From the NCBI GenBank assembly GCA_963713865.1, contig OY970208.1, forward strand, positions 1,280,001 to 1,344,000: a stretch of DNA of 64,000 nucleotides, given 5' to 3'. Positions 19,194-29,793 of this stretch are shown here, in pieces; within the stretch, counting starts at the first letter, position 1, and every line of letters begins with the position of its first letter. The notes beneath the pieces were generated by a model. The model made no database searches and was not told the origin of the DNA. It saw only the letters and a program-made list of their open reading frames with translations. The position numbers and the translations under genes are program-made. This DNA comes from an uncultured candidate division Zixibacteria bacterium. GTDB lineage: Bacteria > Zixibacteria > MSB-5A5 > RBG-16-43-9.

Positions 19194-21244
19194 AAAACAG
19201 TAGACAGCATATAGTAGGCAGTAGGCAGGGAAAGAAAGCAAACAGTAGACAGCATGCAGTCCGTCTGAGGCGAAGTATACGGTGGATAATATTTCTGATT
19301 TTTCCCCTATATGCTGTCTATTGTTTACTGTCTACTTCTTATGCGGAGATAAACAACACCTTAGCTTATTCGGTTTCTCATACCCAATCGACTACCGCTA
19401 ACCGTCTTGGTCTGGTGAGTGAAATTACGATCGCACAGACTATCCTAGCAACTACAGATGAGACCTGGTATGGGATTGTAGTTTATTTAGACCGGAATGG
19501 TTTTTCTTCCTCTACCGATTCGGTTAAGTTGAGGTTCAGAGAGAATGCAGTAGAATTTTGTAGCACGCCTGATACGAGTGCAGTTCCCAAACGGGATGTT
19601 TATGTCAAGGTTACAGATATTCCAGATGGCGATGCTACAAATAATACAATACCGCCGGATAGCGTTGCCAGGGGATATGCTATCTGGTTTATTTTCAATA
19701 CTCCCGTTAGTGTATCTGCGGGGGTTTGCTACAATATCTTCTTAAATGGCCCCTATACAGATGCAAACAATCGGATAAACTGGTTTTACGGGACTAACGG
19801 TTATGTCAATGGTTCTTGTTGGTATCAGACCACTGGTTCCTGGACGAATTATAACTCTGATTTGGACTTCAGGGTAATTAAAGATAAATATGCTCTGATT
19901 GCAGTAAGAAGACTACCTTTTAATACGCGAGGCATATTGACTATTAATTCAGATATAGATAATTCGACAGTTGATTATCTGGATTCACTACATAAATGGC
20001 TCAATACCAGCCAGAATGTAGGTGGTTCCTGGGGAACTGGATTGAATGGTCAAATAGCAGGAAACGAAGTCTGGTTTGGAAGAGGCTCTTTAGCTGATTC
20101 TTTAGGGGTTTATTCTAAGGAAGTTCCTTTCTATTTTCACGGATTAGATACGACCTCAAATTTTTACAAAGATTCATTGGATAACTATATCTCACGCCGT
20201 TGGGCAGATGGTAACCATTCCTATGGTGATTGCGGCTGGGACGGGGCTGATCCCACTTGTATGGATTCTACTCACGTTAAGAAATTTTTAAACTATATGC
20301 TTAATCGCCCTTCTACTTTTGGCAAATTATATAAAGGTGGACTTTTTGTAAATCACGGCTCACAAAAGATAAATTTCGGAACTGCAGGTGATGTTAATTT
20401 TTTGGGCGATTCCTCTGGCACGATTTATTATCACGCTAATAAGACTTGTGCTTCAGGTAGGTTTAAATTTATATGGAATTCTAATCTTACTGATCCGGGC
20501 ACTTCTTTATCTCAAAGATTGTCTTATGATGATTGGCAGAATCAACTGGATTCGCTCAATATCACTGCTATACCTTTGTATGATCGCACTTTTAGAGATG
20601 GCACTAAATATTATGAATATAAAAGGGTAGGCAGATCTGCGGCAGCCAGGCCTGATTCTTTATATAAATTTTTCAACCAAACTGTCGCTAAAAAATGTTC
20701 TGATTCTAACTGGATTTCTGTAATCCATTGTCATCTGGGATATGAGGACGGATTAGACCAAGATGATAGAGATACTATAAAAGCAGTTTTCGATTCAGCA
20801 TCAGCCTGGGATTTATGGATACCATCTACCAAAGCACTTTTCAATCAGCAGGCGGCTTCTGCTTTTGCTCAGATTATAATTGATAGACCCACTGGCTCTA
20901 AGAGAAGAATAAATATAAAAAGTCTTTATGATTGGAGCTGGGGCTCACATGTGCCGGACAGGGAAGAGGTTTCTTATCTGACTTTTATAGCTTACGCACC
21001 TGAAAGTTTAATGATTACCATCAACGGTTCAGCAGATACCCTATCTGATAGTATTATGGTAAATCAACAAGATGTTCCTACGGGTTATATAGCATCAGGT
21101 GACCGACTAAGGGCTATGTCCTGGGTGGGGATGTATAATCGGACTGCAGGCAGATTAGTAATATTGCCTTCAGAAGCACCATCTGCAGGACAAAAGAGAA
21201 ATAGGGCAGCAGTTATAAAACAACTTCTGGAGGATAATAAATGA
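19190..21244 (+). CDS. Large secreted or virion-associated protein with a putative polysaccharide-deacetylase-like domain
   Basis: Hydrophobic signal ending SYA; TINSDIDN, HSYGD, VNHG, YYHA and HCHLG metal-ligand-like motifs. Confidence 0.5.
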   Translation: MKNSRQHIVGSRQGKKANSRQHAVRLRRSIRWIIFLIFPLYAVYCLLSTSYAEINNTLAYSVSHTQSTTANRLGLVSEITIAQTILATTDETWYGIVVYLDRNGFSSSTDSVKLRFRENAVEFCSTPDTSAVPKRDVYVKVTDIPDGDATNNTIPPDSVARGYAIWFIFNTPVSVSAGVCYNIFLNGPYTDANNRINWFYGTNGYVNGSCWYQTTGSWTNYNSDLDFRVIKDKYALIAVRRLPFNTRGILTINSDIDNSTVDYLDSLHKWLNTSQNVGGSWGTGLNGQIAGNEVWFGRGSLADSLGVYSKEVPFYFHGLDTTSNFYKDSLDNYISRRWADGNHSYGDCGWDGADPTCMDSTHVKKFLNYMLNRPSTFGKLYKGGLFVNHGSQKINFGTAGDVNFLGDSSGTIYYHANKTCASGRFKFIWNSNLTDPGTSLSQRLSYDDWQNQLDSLNITAIPLYDRTFRDGTKYYEYKRVGRSAAARPDSLYKFFNQTVAKKCSDSNWISVIHCHLGYEDGLDQDDRDTIKAVFDSASAWDLWIPSTKALFNQQAASAFAQIIIDRPTGSKRRINIKSLYDWSWGSHVPDREEVSYLTFIAYAPESLMITINGSADTLSDSIMVNQQDVPTGYIASGDRLRAMSWVGMYNRTAGRLVILPSEAPSAGQKRNRAAVIKQLLEDNK

Positions 21245-23224
21245 AAAAGATTAGGCTCATAATACTGATTTCGATTTTAATTCCATGCTGGTATTTTAAT
21301 AGTATAGGATTTTACGGAACATTCTACGATGGCACAGGTGCCAGGGATACTGTCTGGATGAATGTTGCCACTTTCGATACTTTAGGTCAGCAAACAAATG
21401 CGGATTCAGTTTGGTTTATTCGTCATTACAGGACTACAGCAATTGATACTGTGATTATGAGTACAGCTACTGCGGGGACTGGATACTATATTACTGGTAA
21501 AAGAGCTTTTGATGGCACTAATTATGGTGATTATACGGTCAGGATTAGGTGGAAAAGCCAGACTAAATATTTTGGCAAAACTGAAAGCTATACTGTGTTC
21601 CCCAGCGATACTTCAAATATTAAAACGATGCTGACTAATAATTCTTTTGCCCAGATTGGCACGGATAAAATCTGGAGATTGAGAGGGCTGGCAATTAGAG
21701 GAACATCTGGAGATGATACCGCTTTTATAGCTCAAGGCTATGGCTACGGTATGGGTGTATTAGCAGGGGGTGGGTCAACTGGAGCAGATGGCTTCTATGC
21801 TTTAGGTGGTGGAACTGGTGCAGGGTTTCATTCAGTTGGTGGCTCTGGCGATGGAGCAGAAGGTATTTTTGCCGAAGGAACAGGGTTCTGGTCCGGGCAT
21901 ATATGGTCTTGGTGGAAACTCTGGTAGTGGATTACAGGTTATTGGTCAAGGTTCAGCTTCAGGAATAAGGGCTGATGGCGGATCAAGTGGTAATGGTATT
22001 ACAGTAACAGGTTTTAGTTCAGGTTCTGGGATAAGAGCAGTAAAAGGTTCAACTGGATATGATATTTATGGTAATATACAAGGCAATCTATTGGGCTCAG
22101 TGAACTCAGTAACATCTGGAGTTACGGTTTCGACTAATAATGATAAAACCGATTATCAATTAGCGTCCGGGCAGGTTATTTCCAGGGCGGATTCGGTTAC
22201 AGGCGTAGGGAGAATATCGTCAAATCTGGATAAAACTAACTATTCTCTAAATTCCAATTATCTAACTAAAGCGGATTCAGGTTCTACAGGTACAAGTTAT
22301 CTGCGGGCAAAATATATCGAGGACAAAATCGGGTACCGACTATCGGCTCAAGGTCAGGCAGATATATGGATAAATGATACTACCGGTGAAAATTCAGGCT
22401 GGGCTGGATTTTTTAAAGGTAGATTGGATGCCGATGTTTCATCGAGATTTGCTCCTGGTGATTCAGGGATTATAGCCAGAGTTCCCTGGGATAACGATTT
22501 GATTGCTCAAGCTCAAAGGAGAATAAGATATGTTGATAGTTTAGGAGAAGAGTTATCAGGTGGTGGAAGTGCAGCTAATCCGGACACTATAGCTAATCAT
22601 GTCTGGATCTGGGATAGCAGGACTTTAACCTCAGGAGCAGGGGCTGGTACTAATCAGGTTGTCATAACCACAAAACAAAGCTCTGATTCAACTCCGATCG
22701 CCAGTGTTCAGATGCAGGTTTTAAATTATGAGCAGACCGCAACAGCCGGACTATTAACCACTAATCCATCTGGACAGGCAACTTTTGCTTTAGATAATGC
22801 TATTTACAAAGTGCGGATGTTTAAACCGGGCTGGCAATTTACTGTTCCAGAAAGTTTAGTTGTTTCCGGAAATAGTTCTGCAACTTTCTATGCATCAGTT
22901 TTTGATCCTGGTTTACCACCCTCAGCTGAGCTTTGTCGGGTTTATGGCTGGATTAAAGACCTTAAGGGCTTGCCAGTAGTTGGAGCGGTTATCGATGCTA
23001 AGATCGTATCAACTCCCTTAAGGTATCAATCGGTTTTAATCAGCCCTTATTATAGAACTACAAACACCGATAGCGAGGGATACTGGTATTTGGACCTGTA
23101 TCCTAATTCTAAATTGAGCCCCTCCAGTACCCAGTATGATTTTACTATCTATATCCCTTACGGTACAATCCTAAAGTTAAAGAACACTGTTCCGGAACAG
23201 AGTAGCTGGGAATTAGGATGGTGA
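21241..23224 (+). CDS. Gly-rich fibre-like phage-derived protein with C-terminal prealbumin-like folds; +1 frameshift at ~21888
   Basis: GxGxGxG repeats continue across the junction; NNDKTDYQL, LDADVSSR, IANHVW..RTLT and CRVYGWIKD motifs. Confidence 0.55.
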
Positions 23225-23401
23225 TTCTTAAGATGTCATTGCGAGTCCGCCAAAGGCGAGACGAAGCAATCCGTTTAATAACTCATTGAGGAGATTGCTT
23301 CGTTGTCCCCGTAGGGGGACTTCTCGCAATGATATGATAAATGTATGAGGATCTTTTTCTGGAGGGTCAAAGGGTATAGAAATATCTGGAGATTTAAAAT
23401 T

Positions 23402-23887
23402 ATGTGCTGGACAGTTTATAAAGACTTGAGAATGGATCCATTGAATCCAATTTCTGTTAAGACAAAGATTACTTCAGAGGAGGTGGATGCTTATCTCGTC
23501 TCCACTCCTCTCCGGGGAATAGGAAATGATTTAGTGCGGGTGGCTTCTAAGAACAAGGTTAATCCAATCTATATATTGGCTCATATTATACACGAAACCG
23601 GCTGGGGAGAATCAAAGATCTTTCTAGAAAAGAATAACCTATTCGGGTTTGGAGCTTGTGATAAAAACCCTTTAGCTCTGGCGATTAGTTTTGGTTCGGT
23701 CAAAGAATGTCTGGAAAAAGTGGTCAAATATATTGCCAGAGAGTATTTGAATGAAGGTGGAAAATTCTATGCTGGTTCAAATCTAATTGGGATGAACCGC
23801 CATTATGCCAAAGATAAGTCCTGGTGTTTTAAGATTACGGCTCTGATGAATCAGATCGAGGATTTTCTTTTTGAAAGAAGAAATTAA
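23402..23887 (+). CDS. GH73 glucosaminidase, probable endolysin
   Basis: AHIIHETGWG, KNNLFG and YAKDKSW motifs; no signal peptide; next to a holin-like gene. Confidence 0.8.
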   Translation: MCWTVYKDLRMDPLNPISVKTKITSEEVDAYLVSTPLRGIGNDLVRVASKNKVNPIYILAHIIHETGWGESKIFLEKNNLFGFGACDKNPLALAISFGSVKECLEKVVKYIAREYLNEGGKFYAGSNLIGMNRHYAKDKSWCFKITALMNQIEDFLFERRN

Positions 23888-24016
23888 AAAGTTAGATGCG
23901 AGAAAGGAGACAAGAAATTGGATCGTAGTGCGGCCCTGCACCAGACGGTGCAAAGTCGCCAAATATAAAGGACAGAACAATGTTCTGTCCCTACAAATTA
24001 TTTTACAGGAGGTGTT

Positions 24017-24379
24017 ATGCTAAATTTACCTAACCTCGCCACGGGCTACTGGCAACTGTTTTTTATCCCTCTCTCTATCTTCTCAACCGTGAGCGGCTGG
24101 ATCTTATCCGGAGTCGGGACTTTAATCACCCTGATCGTTGCCTGGCTGGCCAAGGAATATCTTGTTCCTTATCTTTCCACCGAGAGGAAGAGGAAAATGG
24201 CAAGCTACATCCTTTTGATCGCCGATGAGGTAACGGATTATTTTCGGCTGAAATATCCGGAGGTTAAATGGACCGAGTGGCTGAATCAGGCGATTGATAA
24301 AATTATCGAGATCACTGGTACTACAAAAGAAGTGGCTTCAAGAGCGGCACAGGCGGCCATAGCCAGGAAAATCAAATAA
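24017..24379 (+). CDS. Putative holin
   Basis: 120 aa, N-terminal TM segment(s) followed by a charged helical tail; RBS aggaggt; follows the lysin. Confidence 0.55.
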   Translation: MLNLPNLATGYWQLFFIPLSIFSTVSGWILSGVGTLITLIVAWLAKEYLVPYLSTERKRKMASYILLIADEVTDYFRLKYPEVKWTEWLNQAIDKIIEITGTTKEVASRAAQAAIARKIK

Positions 24380-24442
24380 GAGAAAACGGTTTTCCTGATT
24401 GGTGAGCGAAAAAATAATATAGAGGCACGGTATGCCGTGCCT

Positions 24443-24943
24443 CTATGCACTCTTTTCTAGTTTCAACAGCCTTTTCTTAAGCTCAATCCCGCCTCCATAT
24501 CCACCCAACCCTCCATCTGATTTAATTATTCTGTGGCAGGGGACGAGTATAGATACGGGATTTGTGGCGCAGGCATTTCCCACTGCCCGGGCTTTTTTAG
24601 GACTGCCAACCATAGCAGCTAATTTTTTATAACTGATGGTTTTTCCGAAAGGGACTTCCAGCATCTTCTTCCAGACCTTTTGTTGAAAAAGAGTGCCTGA
24701 GCTTAAATCTAACTTCTCGGTGAATCCAGCTTTTTTACCGGAGAGATACTGGTTGAGCTGTTTTCTCAAACTGGAGAATTTTGCTTCAGATTTGACCAGC
24801 TCGACATCCTTTTTCTTCTTTAACTCCTCAAAAAACCTGCCCCAGGTAGGTTGATGAAAAAGCAAATTATTTAATCCCTTATCAGTCCTGGTGACCAAAA
24901 TTCTCCCTATCTTACTCTCCAGAACCGCATAATAAAGTTTCAT
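24443..24943 (-). CDS. ogt: Methylated-DNA-protein-cysteine methyltransferase
   Basis: RAVGNAC and VPCHRII active-site motif. Confidence 0.93.
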   Translation of the reverse strand: MKLYYAVLESKIGRILVTRTDKGLNNLLFHQPTWGRFFEELKKKKDVELVKSEAKFSSLRKQLNQYLSGKKAGFTEKLDLSSGTLFQQKVWKKMLEVPFGKTISYKKLAAMVGSPKKARAVGNACATNPVSILVPCHRIIKSDGGLGGYGGGIELKKRLLKLEKSA

Positions 24944-25051
24944 AAAACCTCCTCCTTAGTAGTGAGTGATCAGTGACCAGTTTTTAGATTTTTATTTTAA
25001 AGATCATTGAACCTTTGAACTTTTGTCCTCCTCAGGCGGATTGAACATTTT

Positions 25052-26881
25052 TTATTGTTTATGAAAATATTCATAAATCTTTTCCACTAATTTCCGGGGA
25101 ATACTCTCCGTTTCCAGAAGCTCATTTAAACTTGCTTGTTTAATCCTTTCAACTGAACCAAATTTAGAAAGGAGAGCTTTTTTTCTGATTTTACCAATCC
25201 CTTCTATCTGGTCTAACTCTGAGGCTCTAACCTTTTTCTCCCTTAAAGTTTTATGATAGGAGATGGCAAATCTATGCGCCTCATCTCTGATTCTCTGTAA
25301 TAATCTTAAAGAGGAGGAGCTTTTTGGAATCATAAGGGATGAAGTTCTTTCTGGCAAAAAGACCTCATCTAACCTCTTAGCCAGCCCGATAACATTTAAG
25401 TTCTTAATCCCTATCTCATTTCCTCTAGCTCCAAATTCGGATAAAACCTTTAAAGCAGAGGAGAGCTGTCCCTTACCTCCATCGATTAATACTAAATCTG
25501 GCAACTTCTTTTTCTCCTCTAAATTTCTAATGAAGTATCTTCTGACTACCTCCTCCATCATAGCATAATCATCCTGTCCTTGTACGGTTTTTATCTTGAA
25601 CTTTCGATATTCTGATTTCTTAGGTCTGGCATCTTCAAAAAAGACTGAAGAGCCAACCGCATCGGTTGGTCCTAAATTGGAGATGTCAAATGCCACAATT
25701 TCCCTCGGAAAGTTTGGTAAATATAAATCCTTTTTTAAAGCTACAATTGAAGATGGAATCGTTCTTTTTATCCTTTTCTTTTGAATCAAAAGCTCCATCA
25801 AGAGAAGCTGGGCATTCTGAGTTGCTAAATTTAATAAACTTACTTTCTCACCTTTTCTGGGTAAGATAAGCTCAACTTTTTTCTGGCCTTTCTCCTGAAG
25901 CCATTCCTGAATAATCTCCTTATCCTCGATCTCAACCGGTATGAAAATCTCCTCCGGTATTATGGCCACATTCAAATAATATTGCTTTAAAAAAGAATTC
26001 AAAATCTCTGCATCCGGAACATTTTTCCGGGCTTTTAAATAGAAATGCTGTCTGCCAATTAAAACCCCTTCTCTAACCTGAAGGGTTGCCATACAGATAT
26101 CTGAACCATCCCGGGCATAAGCGATAATATCCCGGTCAATCTCCTCTTTTCCTACTATTTTCTGTTTCTGCATTATGCTTTCAATGGCTTTGAACTGGTC
26201 CCTGACCCTTACCGCCTCTTCAAACCTTTCCTCTTCAGCTAATCTATTCATCCTCTGTTTCAACTGCTTGATTAAAACTCTATTTTTACCGGATAAAAAT
26301 AAAATGACGATATTAATTATTTCCCGGTATTCTTTTTCCGAGACCAGACCTTCACAGGGTCCCTGACACCTCTTAATCTGGTAATCCAGGCATAATCTTA
26401 TCCTTCTCTTAGAAGGAAGCGCATAGTTACAACTTCTCACCGGGAAAAGCTTTCGCAGAAATCTTAAGGACTGCCTCATCCCTTTGACATTGGTATAAGG
26501 ACCAAAATATTTTGCCTTGTCCTTCTTAGGTTTCCTGACCACCAGTATCCGGGGAAAAGGCTCATCCACCGTGACCTTGAGATAGGGGTATCTTTTATCA
26601 TCTTTCAGATTAACATTATAGCGGGGCTTGTGTTCCTTGATCAGATTAGATTCCAAGATCAAAGCTTCCATTTCTGAATCAGTAACCATAACCTCGAAAT
26701 CTTTTATTCTCGAAACCAGGGCCGAAGTCCGCGGATGTTCTACCCTGTTCTGGAAATAAGCTTTAACCCGGTTTTTCAAAGATTTAGCCTTCCCCACATA
26801 GATAATCTTCTCCTCTTTATCTTTAAAAAGATAAACTCCGGGCTGTGTGGGAAGATTTTCTAATTTTGCTTCAAGATTCAT
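25052..26881 (-). CDS. uvrC: Excinuclease ABC subunit C
   Basis: PGVY/IIYVGKAK GIY-YIG, DDKRYPY, FDISN, DGGKGQ, RDEAHRFA, HhH. Confidence 0.97.
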   Translation of the reverse strand: MNLEAKLENLPTQPGVYLFKDKEEKIIYVGKAKSLKNRVKAYFQNRVEHPRTSALVSRIKDFEVMVTDSEMEALILESNLIKEHKPRYNVNLKDDKRYPYLKVTVDEPFPRILVVRKPKKDKAKYFGPYTNVKGMRQSLRFLRKLFPVRSCNYALPSKRRIRLCLDYQIKRCQGPCEGLVSEKEYREIINIVILFLSGKNRVLIKQLKQRMNRLAEEERFEEAVRVRDQFKAIESIMQKQKIVGKEEIDRDIIAYARDGSDICMATLQVREGVLIGRQHFYLKARKNVPDAEILNSFLKQYYLNVAIIPEEIFIPVEIEDKEIIQEWLQEKGQKKVELILPRKGEKVSLLNLATQNAQLLLMELLIQKKRIKRTIPSSIVALKKDLYLPNFPREIVAFDISNLGPTDAVGSSVFFEDARPKKSEYRKFKIKTVQGQDDYAMMEEVVRRYFIRNLEEKKKLPDLVLIDGGKGQLSSALKVLSEFGARGNEIGIKNLNVIGLAKRLDEVFLPERTSSLMIPKSSSSLRLLQRIRDEAHRFAISYHKTLREKKVRASELDQIEGIGKIRKKALLSKFGSVERIKQASLNELLETESIPRKLVEKIYEYFHKQ

Positions 26882-27228
26882 ACATACTCTATACGATTAA
26901 TACCTGATTCTAATATATACCAACTCCTGCCAAGACTGTCAAATAAAAAAAAGATGCCCACTTTCTGTCATTACGAGGAGTCCCATACGGGGAGGACGAA
27001 GCAATCCACAGATGATGAAGTAAAAGTAAAGGGATTACATCACCCGTAGGGCCCACAATGACAACCGGAGCACTCATTGAGGCAGACCCCTATTTTTGCT
27101 CTGTTAAATCCTATAATCTCGATAACCCACAAATAATTCCCCTTGTTTTTTTCCTTTTTTGAATTATTATATTACTGATTAGTTAAAATATTAAGGCAAA
27201 CTTATAACCTTAAAAAAAAGGTAGAATT

Positions 27229-29205
27229 ATGAAAAGGTTTCTAAGGGTTTTCATCATTTGCGGACTTTTTTTAATTGCAGTTCCCGGTCTTATCTCCGCG
27301 GTTGACCTTTCCAGGGGTATAATCCTCGACATTCCTCAGGAAAAAGCTGAATCACAATTCGGGAAAATCCCTCCATCTCAACTCACACCGCAGGACAGCA
27401 GCGCGATGGCTTCATTCCGTTTTACCGGCGATACGCTTAAGGTATTAGCCATTATGGTGGAATGGTCGAATCGAAGAGGCACATATTCCAGAGAGACTTT
27501 TGATAGTCTGCTTTTCTCCAGAAATGTCTATCCGGGCGGCTCTGTGGCTGATTATTGTTACGAAGTTTCTTATGGTAAATTAAATGTAGTGGGAGAGGTA
27601 AGAAACTGGTATAATGCCGGTCTTTATTCGGCCTATTATGATTTTGAAAAACTGTTTCCAATACTTGATCCGGTCATAGACTATTCCCAATTCGATGGTA
27701 ACCAGGATGGAGATGTGGATGCGGTTATCTTCATCCGTTCCGGCAACGGGCAGGAGGATTCGCAGGATTGGAATGACATCTGGTCTTTTGCTATGGTCTA
27801 TTCTCCCGGTTCAGGTTCAGGTCCCTACGATGGAATGCGCATGCCCAGGTGGAACACCTCTCCAGAGACCCAGCCCTTGCATAACCCTCTTTATCCACCG
27901 GGCTTTACAGGTGAGAATAGATTAAATAAAATAAGAGTCTTCTGTCACGAATTAATGCATAATGTAGGTTTACCCGACCTGTATGATTATGATGACAAGC
28001 TGGTTATTTCAACTTTCAACACACCGGATGACGACAATGACCATCCTTTAGTTGACTGGGATGTGATGGGATATTACGGTTATGGATATCTCTCCATCGG
28101 TTCGCAAATCCCTTCTCATCTTTGTGGATGGAATAAAAAAATAGCCGGATGGATTGAGCCGGTGGTAGTGGGTGGCGGAGCTCATAACCCTGTTATATTA
28201 TATAATATCGAAACAACCGAGGATAGTTCCCTGTATATGATACCCATAAACCTGGCTGAAGGGGAATATTTTCTCTTAGAATACCGTAATCCTCGTTCCA
28301 CAGCTAAGTTTGATAAAATAGATTCTGACTTCAGCTGTTACCTCTGGCCCAATCTAAGTTATGGTGGAGATACCCTGGACCGGGGTCTTTTGATTACTCA
28401 TGTTCACGATTCTTTAGGAGCTTATTTCTGGAGGATAAATGACGGAACGCCGGATTATTCACACTACACAGTAGCAGTGGAAGATGCAGGTTATAATCCA
28501 GCTAAAGATACCTCTTACAATCCAGGAGGGCATGTTTCTGATAGTGCTCTCTGGTGGTACTCCTATGAGACCAGAAAATCAGCCCCTTTCTCCAGTTATG
28601 AACCCGGTCAGGAGATTTTCAGCCCCACTACCTACCCTAACAGTAATAGCTATTTTGGACCCACAGGTATAATTGTCAGAGTAGATTCCATAATTAACGA
28701 CCGGCTCTTTGCTTATATCTATGCTCCGATTCCACCTTTCACTTTAATTTCGCCTGAAGATAGTGTTTTTGTCCCTTATATAGTAAACTTCAACTGGACA
28801 GAACCCTACTCTGGGGATCAACTCAGATATGATTTATATGTCAGCACTTCTCCTGCTTTTAACCTTGATTCCACAATTATCTACGATAGTCTTTTAAGCA
28901 GCCAGTTTACGGATACCCTGGAGATCGCAAGATATTACTGGAAAGTCAGGGCTTATGATAACTCTTTAGAAAAATGGTCCAACCAGACCTGGACTTTACT
29001 TTCTGCGATGTGGGGGGATGCTAATGGTGATAAAAAAGTTAGCGTTTCAGATGTAGTTTATCTGATAAACTATTTATTCAAAGGTGGACCTCCTCCTGTT
29101 CCTGAATTGTTAGTTGGAGATGTTAATTGCGATGGTAAAATCTCGGTTAGCGATGTAGTTTATCTAATCAATTACCTTTTCAAAGGTGGACCACCACCCT
29201 GTTAA
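27229..29205 (+). CDS. Secreted M6 (immune inhibitor A-like) metalloprotease with dockerin-like tail
   Basis: HELMHNVGLPDLYD, EYFLLEYR, signal peptide, dockerin repeats. Confidence 0.88.
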   Translation: MKRFLRVFIICGLFLIAVPGLISAVDLSRGIILDIPQEKAESQFGKIPPSQLTPQDSSAMASFRFTGDTLKVLAIMVEWSNRRGTYSRETFDSLLFSRNVYPGGSVADYCYEVSYGKLNVVGEVRNWYNAGLYSAYYDFEKLFPILDPVIDYSQFDGNQDGDVDAVIFIRSGNGQEDSQDWNDIWSFAMVYSPGSGSGPYDGMRMPRWNTSPETQPLHNPLYPPGFTGENRLNKIRVFCHELMHNVGLPDLYDYDDKLVISTFNTPDDDNDHPLVDWDVMGYYGYGYLSIGSQIPSHLCGWNKKIAGWIEPVVVGGGAHNPVILYNIETTEDSSLYMIPINLAEGEYFLLEYRNPRSTAKFDKIDSDFSCYLWPNLSYGGDTLDRGLLITHVHDSLGAYFWRINDGTPDYSHYTVAVEDAGYNPAKDTSYNPGGHVSDSALWWYSYETRKSAPFSSYEPGQEIFSPTTYPNSNSYFGPTGIIVRVDSIINDRLFAYIYAPIPPFTLISPEDSVFVPYIVNFNWTEPYSGDQLRYDLYVSTSPAFNLDSTIIYDSLLSSQFTDTLEIARYYWKVRAYDNSLEKWSNQTWTLLSAMWGDANGDKKVSVSDVVYLINYLFKGGPPPVPELLVGDVNCDGKISVSDVVYLINYLFKGGPPPC

Positions 29206-29294
29206 AAACAGTTTGGAGTTTGTTCATTTGTAAGTTTGTTAGTTTGTTCGAGGTTTCTTCAAACTCCAAACGGACAAACGATCAAACTGTTTTC

Positions 29295-29367
29295 GCCACC
29301 GTAGCTCAGATGGCAGAGCAGCTGATTCGTAATCAGCCGGTCACCCGTTCGATTCGGGTCGGTGGCT
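29295..29367 (+). tRNA. tRNA-Thr(CGT)
   Basis: Acceptor GCCACCG/CGGTGGC, anticodon arm ctgat-tcgtaa-tcag, GTTCGA T-loop; no encoded CCA. Confidence 0.93.
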
Positions 29368-29632
29368 GTAAAAAACAGTGGTTAGTTGTCAGTGGTCAGT
29401 GGATGGTAGGGGTGACCCTCTGTGGTCGCCCATTTTTATTTCGTAGCGTTCCGGGTTTATCCCGGACGTTTTATTTTCGCTCGACACAAAGGTCGGATGT
29501 TACAAGTTCTATTTCTCCACCTTGAGGCAAGGTGGGGTTACCGGCTCACAGGAAAAAAAATATTTTAATAATCTTCAAATGAAACAATAAAAGATTAAGT
29601 ATAATATATTGGTATAAAACATAAAAAAACAC

Positions 29633-29661
29633 TTGACAAGGATAAGTCTAAATATTATAAT
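29633..29661 (+). promoter_or_regulatory. rrn promoter P1 (sigma70)
   Basis: TTGACA-17 bp-TATAAT with an A-rich upstream region. Confidence 0.75.
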
Positions 29662-29765
29662 AGGTTTGCCGATAGATATAGAGGGAGCTAAAAAGCTGTC
29701 CTTCAGGCAAAAGGATAAAAGTTGAGAGGAAAAAAAGACTCTTTGAAAATTTGTAAAAATTTTCC

Positions 29766-29793
29766 TTGACAAATATCGCAGATAGTTTATATT
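29766..29793 (+). promoter_or_regulatory. rrn promoter P2 (sigma70)
   Basis: TTGACA-16 bp-TATATT; boxA-like tgctctttgaaa follows at ~29852. Confidence 0.65.

Noticed and set aside
9279-24379. Intact inducible prophage
   Set aside because: No integrase, repressor, replication, large terminase, portal or tape-measure gene recognised; host genes interleaved; no att duplication seen, including of tRNA-Thr.
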